Below are positions 61,826 to 64,000 of a stretch of DNA of 64,000 bases, in pieces; position 1 is the first letter of the stretch; each line of letters begins with the position of its first letter. Under the pieces are notes generated by a model. That model was not told where the DNA came from, ran no database searches, and worked only from the letters and a program-made list of their open reading frames with translations. Source of the stretch: a virus. Both the position numbers and the translations under genes were made by a program. The stretch covers positions 1-64,000 of IMG/VR virus record IMGVR_UViG_3300012944_000024, one strand, 5' to 3'.

Positions 61826-63528
61826 CAACGTTTGCCTATGCCGAGCTTCTTGAAGACGTCCTGGACCATCTGATGCCCAATGGGATCGAACGAGGCAAGC
61901 AGGTTGGGCTTGCGCATGTGCGCGGCGAACGACTCGGCGAAGTACTCGTCCTTGTGAACGCTGCCGTACCGGGTCAGGTGCGATTTGTCTGACTTCGCTT
62001 TCTGGAACGCGGTCTGCACGATCGCGTTCACCTCCGACCCTCCCGATAGGTGCACGTGGTGCCCGATCTCGTGCGCGAGCGTCAGGGCGATCGCCTCCTC
62101 GGCCGACTTGCCGAGCGAACTGATGCTCCACGACACCCCAGGCTCGTACGGGTTTGCATCGACTACGCGGTGCGCACGAATGTCGATCCGCGTCTTGAGC
62201 ACTCGTCTCTCACCCTCAGCGTTGGTCGTGTAGTGCTGCGTGTGGAGCCCATTGGGACGTTTGCCTCGCTGCTTTATCTCCGGGACCGCGACGAGCTCGT
62301 CGATCGGATTCGTCTCGAGATGGTCGAGCACACCGCGGTGCGGAAGGGCGGTGTCGAAGACGGTCGAGACGTCCACGTCTCCGCCCCCGCGCGGAAGGCG
62401 CTTCTGCGTGAAATTCTTGAAGTGAACTCCGGGGAGCAGGTGGTCAGGGCGTTCCTCGAGTGCAGCCGGCACCACCGCGGCTGCCGCCTTCGGTTCCTCC
62501 TTGCCCTTGCCGAACTGCTCGAGCGGGATGGTCGTCATCTTCGGGCGCGGCGGGACCGCGCCCTTGCGCCCGTCGTACTTCCAGCGCGCCGCCACCTCCC
62601 CGTCCGTCTTCCACGCCAGCGCGGGAGGGATGGGCCAAGAGATCCGGTGCGGGACAACAACACCGCGATCGTTCGGTCGGTCGGGAGGATGCTGCATGAG
62701 ACCGTACCAGCTCTGAAACGGCTCCTGCGGGCGCCGGATCTGGCCGTGCGTCGCGTAGCTGTCGGCGGCAGTGCGGTCGTCGAAGTGCGCGGACAGGATC
62801 TTCACCATGTCGCCGAGCTCGTCGTCGGCCGCGCGCGTAACCTCGTAGCCTGCGCGGTTCATAGCCGACATCGTTTCCGAACGTACAATTCTCTCAGCCC
62901 AAAATGCGGGGGACGCCTGGAGGAAGGGAGACTGCTCGGTCAGCTCGTCACGAACCTCCCCCCAGGGCTTGCGCGTCAGGAATCCCTTCTGCAGCACGCG
63001 CTCGAAGTGCCCGATCGTCTCCGCCCCGTACCGCTCCAGCACCCCCGGCTTCGCCGGATGCGCCTGCTCGTCCGCCCCCTCGATCGCCTCCCCGCTCGAC
63101 GCGAGCCGGCGCAGGATGGACGCCTTCACCCCGCTCTGCGCCTGGTCGACGATCCCCGCCTCCTCGAGCTGCAGGGGGGCGGCGACGCCGCGGAAGTCCC
63201 GCTCGGCCGCCCGCAGGTACTCGAGCGTCCCGCGCGCCCCCGCCTCCGCCGCCTCCGCGCCCGTCTCCACCACCGTCTTGGCGATCCCGCGCTGCGCCAC
63301 CTTGGTCGCCTCGCGCACCTGCGCGAGCGTGGCGCGCATCTGCGTAATCGTGAAGGTCGAGTCGTCGAGCCCGCGCAGGTGGACCGCTTCGAGGATGCGC
63401 CGCTCGAGATCCGCCGCCGCGGCCGCGAGCACCTTGCGCACGCGCTCGATCCCGACCTTCTGGGTCAGCTCGAGCGCCTGGCGGTGGTCCTCGGCGAGCG
63501 CCTCGCGCGGGGTCAGGTTGGCCGCCAT
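61825..63528 (-). CDS. MuF (gpF/SPP1 gp7-like) minor head protein with C-terminal zinc metallopeptidase
   Basis: AERIVRSETMSAMN, DDRT, HGQ, PPDRPNDR; then LAHEIGHHVH...TRYG....EYFAESF. Confidence 0.85.
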   Translation of the reverse strand: MAANLTPREALAEDHRQALELTQKVGIERVRKVLAAAAADLERRILEAVHLRGLDDSTFTITQMRATLAQVREATKVAQRGIAKTVVETGAEAAEAGARGTLEYLRAAERDFRGVAAPLQLEEAGIVDQAQSGVKASILRRLASSGEAIEGADEQAHPAKPGVLERYGAETIGHFERVLQKGFLTRKPWGEVRDELTEQSPFLQASPAFWAERIVRSETMSAMNRAGYEVTRAADDELGDMVKILSAHFDDRTAADSYATHGQIRRPQEPFQSWYGLMQHPPDRPNDRGVVVPHRISWPIPPALAWKTDGEVAARWKYDGRKGAVPPRPKMTTIPLEQFGKGKEEPKAAAAVVPAALEERPDHLLPGVHFKNFTQKRLPRGGGDVDVSTVFDTALPHRGVLDHLETNPIDELVAVPEIKQRGKRPNGLHTQHYTTNAEGERRVLKTRIDIRAHRVVDANPYEPGVSWSISSLGKSAEEAIALTLAHEIGHHVHLSGGSEVNAIVQTAFQKAKSDKSHLTRYGSVHKDEYFAESFAAHMRKPNLLASFDPIGHQMVQDVFKKLGIGKR

Positions 63529-63543
63529 CGCGCAATCCCGCGA

Positions 63544-63870
63544 CTACTTCGTCTCTTCCTTCAGCTGCACTGCGCTCACGTCGAGCCGGTAGGACGCGGA
63601 GCCGATCTTCGGCGGCGACCCCATCGTGGAGTGGGACCCGCCGGCCTGCACGCGGATCGCGTTGGCCCGAAAGTCCGCCCGTCCCCAGGCTGCATTGTAC
63701 GCGTCGAGGTCGATCTGCTCCGCGTAGAACTTCGCACGATCGAGCACCGACGCCATGTCCTCGGTCTCGGTCGGTAGCTGCGCCAGCAGCGGGGTCAAGC
63801 GGACCTTCTCCGCCTCGAGCTCCGCTGCGATCGTCTCCTTCGTGGCCGTGATGTCGATTCCCCAGCTCAT
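63544..63870 (-). CDS. Hypothetical protein
   Basis: AAGGAG RBS; 108 aa. Confidence 0.7.
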   Translation of the reverse strand: MSWGIDITATKETIAAELEAEKVRLTPLLAQLPTETEDMASVLDRAKFYAEQIDLDAYNAAWGRADFRANAIRVQAGGSHSTMGSPPKIGSASYRLDVSAVQLKEETK

Positions 63871-63893
63871 GTTCGATTCTCCTTTTCGTTCGC

Positions 63894-64000
63894 CTACGTG
63901 CCCGGCCCGCTATCGCTCGCCGTCTTGCCGTCCTCCTCGCCCCCACCCCCGAAGGGGGGCTTGCTCGCACCGAACTTCGGCGGCGCAGCGCCGGGCGGCT
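63894..64000 (-). CDS. C-terminal tail of upstream gene (probably portal), partial
   Basis: PPGAAPPKFGASKPPFGGGGEEDGK...TAG; identity inferred only from position before MuF. Confidence 0.5.
   Translation of the reverse strand, partial: PPGAAPPKFGASKPPFGGGGEEDGKTASDSGPGT

Larger units (their letters stand above)
1..64000 (-). mobile_element. Tailed bacteriophage (myovirus-type) genome segment, replication and virion modules
   Basis: Tightly packed co-oriented genes with ATGA/GTGA/TGATG overlaps; capsid, sheath, tube, tape measure and baseplate order; phage-type replication genes; no host housekeeping genes. Confidence 0.97.

Noticed and set aside
1-64000. Abundant TCGA/CTCGAG/GCGATCGC words as a HIP1-like system
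   Set aside because: Explainable by Leu-Glu, Val-Asp and Ala-Ile-Ala codons in a high-GC genome; cannot be shown enriched without a codon-aware count

Overview
The whole window is a high-GC (~70% by eye) tailed-phage genome segment with a myovirus-type contractile tail, read almost entirely on the minus strand. Right half (32.4-64 kb): end of a probable portal gene, MuF minor head protein with a metallopeptidase extension, scaffold, major capsid, head-tail connectors, sheath, tube, G/GT chaperones, tape measure, baseplate, fibre and holin-like genes. Left half (0-32.2 kb): SF2 helicase, DnaB, primase, internally deleted UvrD, sigma-like factor, PolB, SSB/UvsY/RecA-like proteins, SbcCD, RuvC-like resolvase, a ParB-domain protein, two DNA methyltransferases and several HNH endonucleases. 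A Cys-rich lipoprotein suggests a myxobacterial host (inference). No integrase, terminase, endolysin, tRNA or CRISPR array was recognised. Main unexplained signals: (1) a perfect 16-bp palindrome GGGAACCCGGGTTCCC repeated 14 times in intergenic DNA and inside genes in all three frames, whose core CCCGGG is the predicted target of the phage's own SmaI/Cfr9I-like methyltransferase; (2) an HNH gene overprinted inside a methyltransferase gene that stays in frame; (3) a PolB ending in a clamp-binding motif plus a DnaE-like C-terminal domain; (4) a recurrent GGCATAG box 8-10 nt upstream of start codons. Family assignments come from motif recognition by eye, not database searches.
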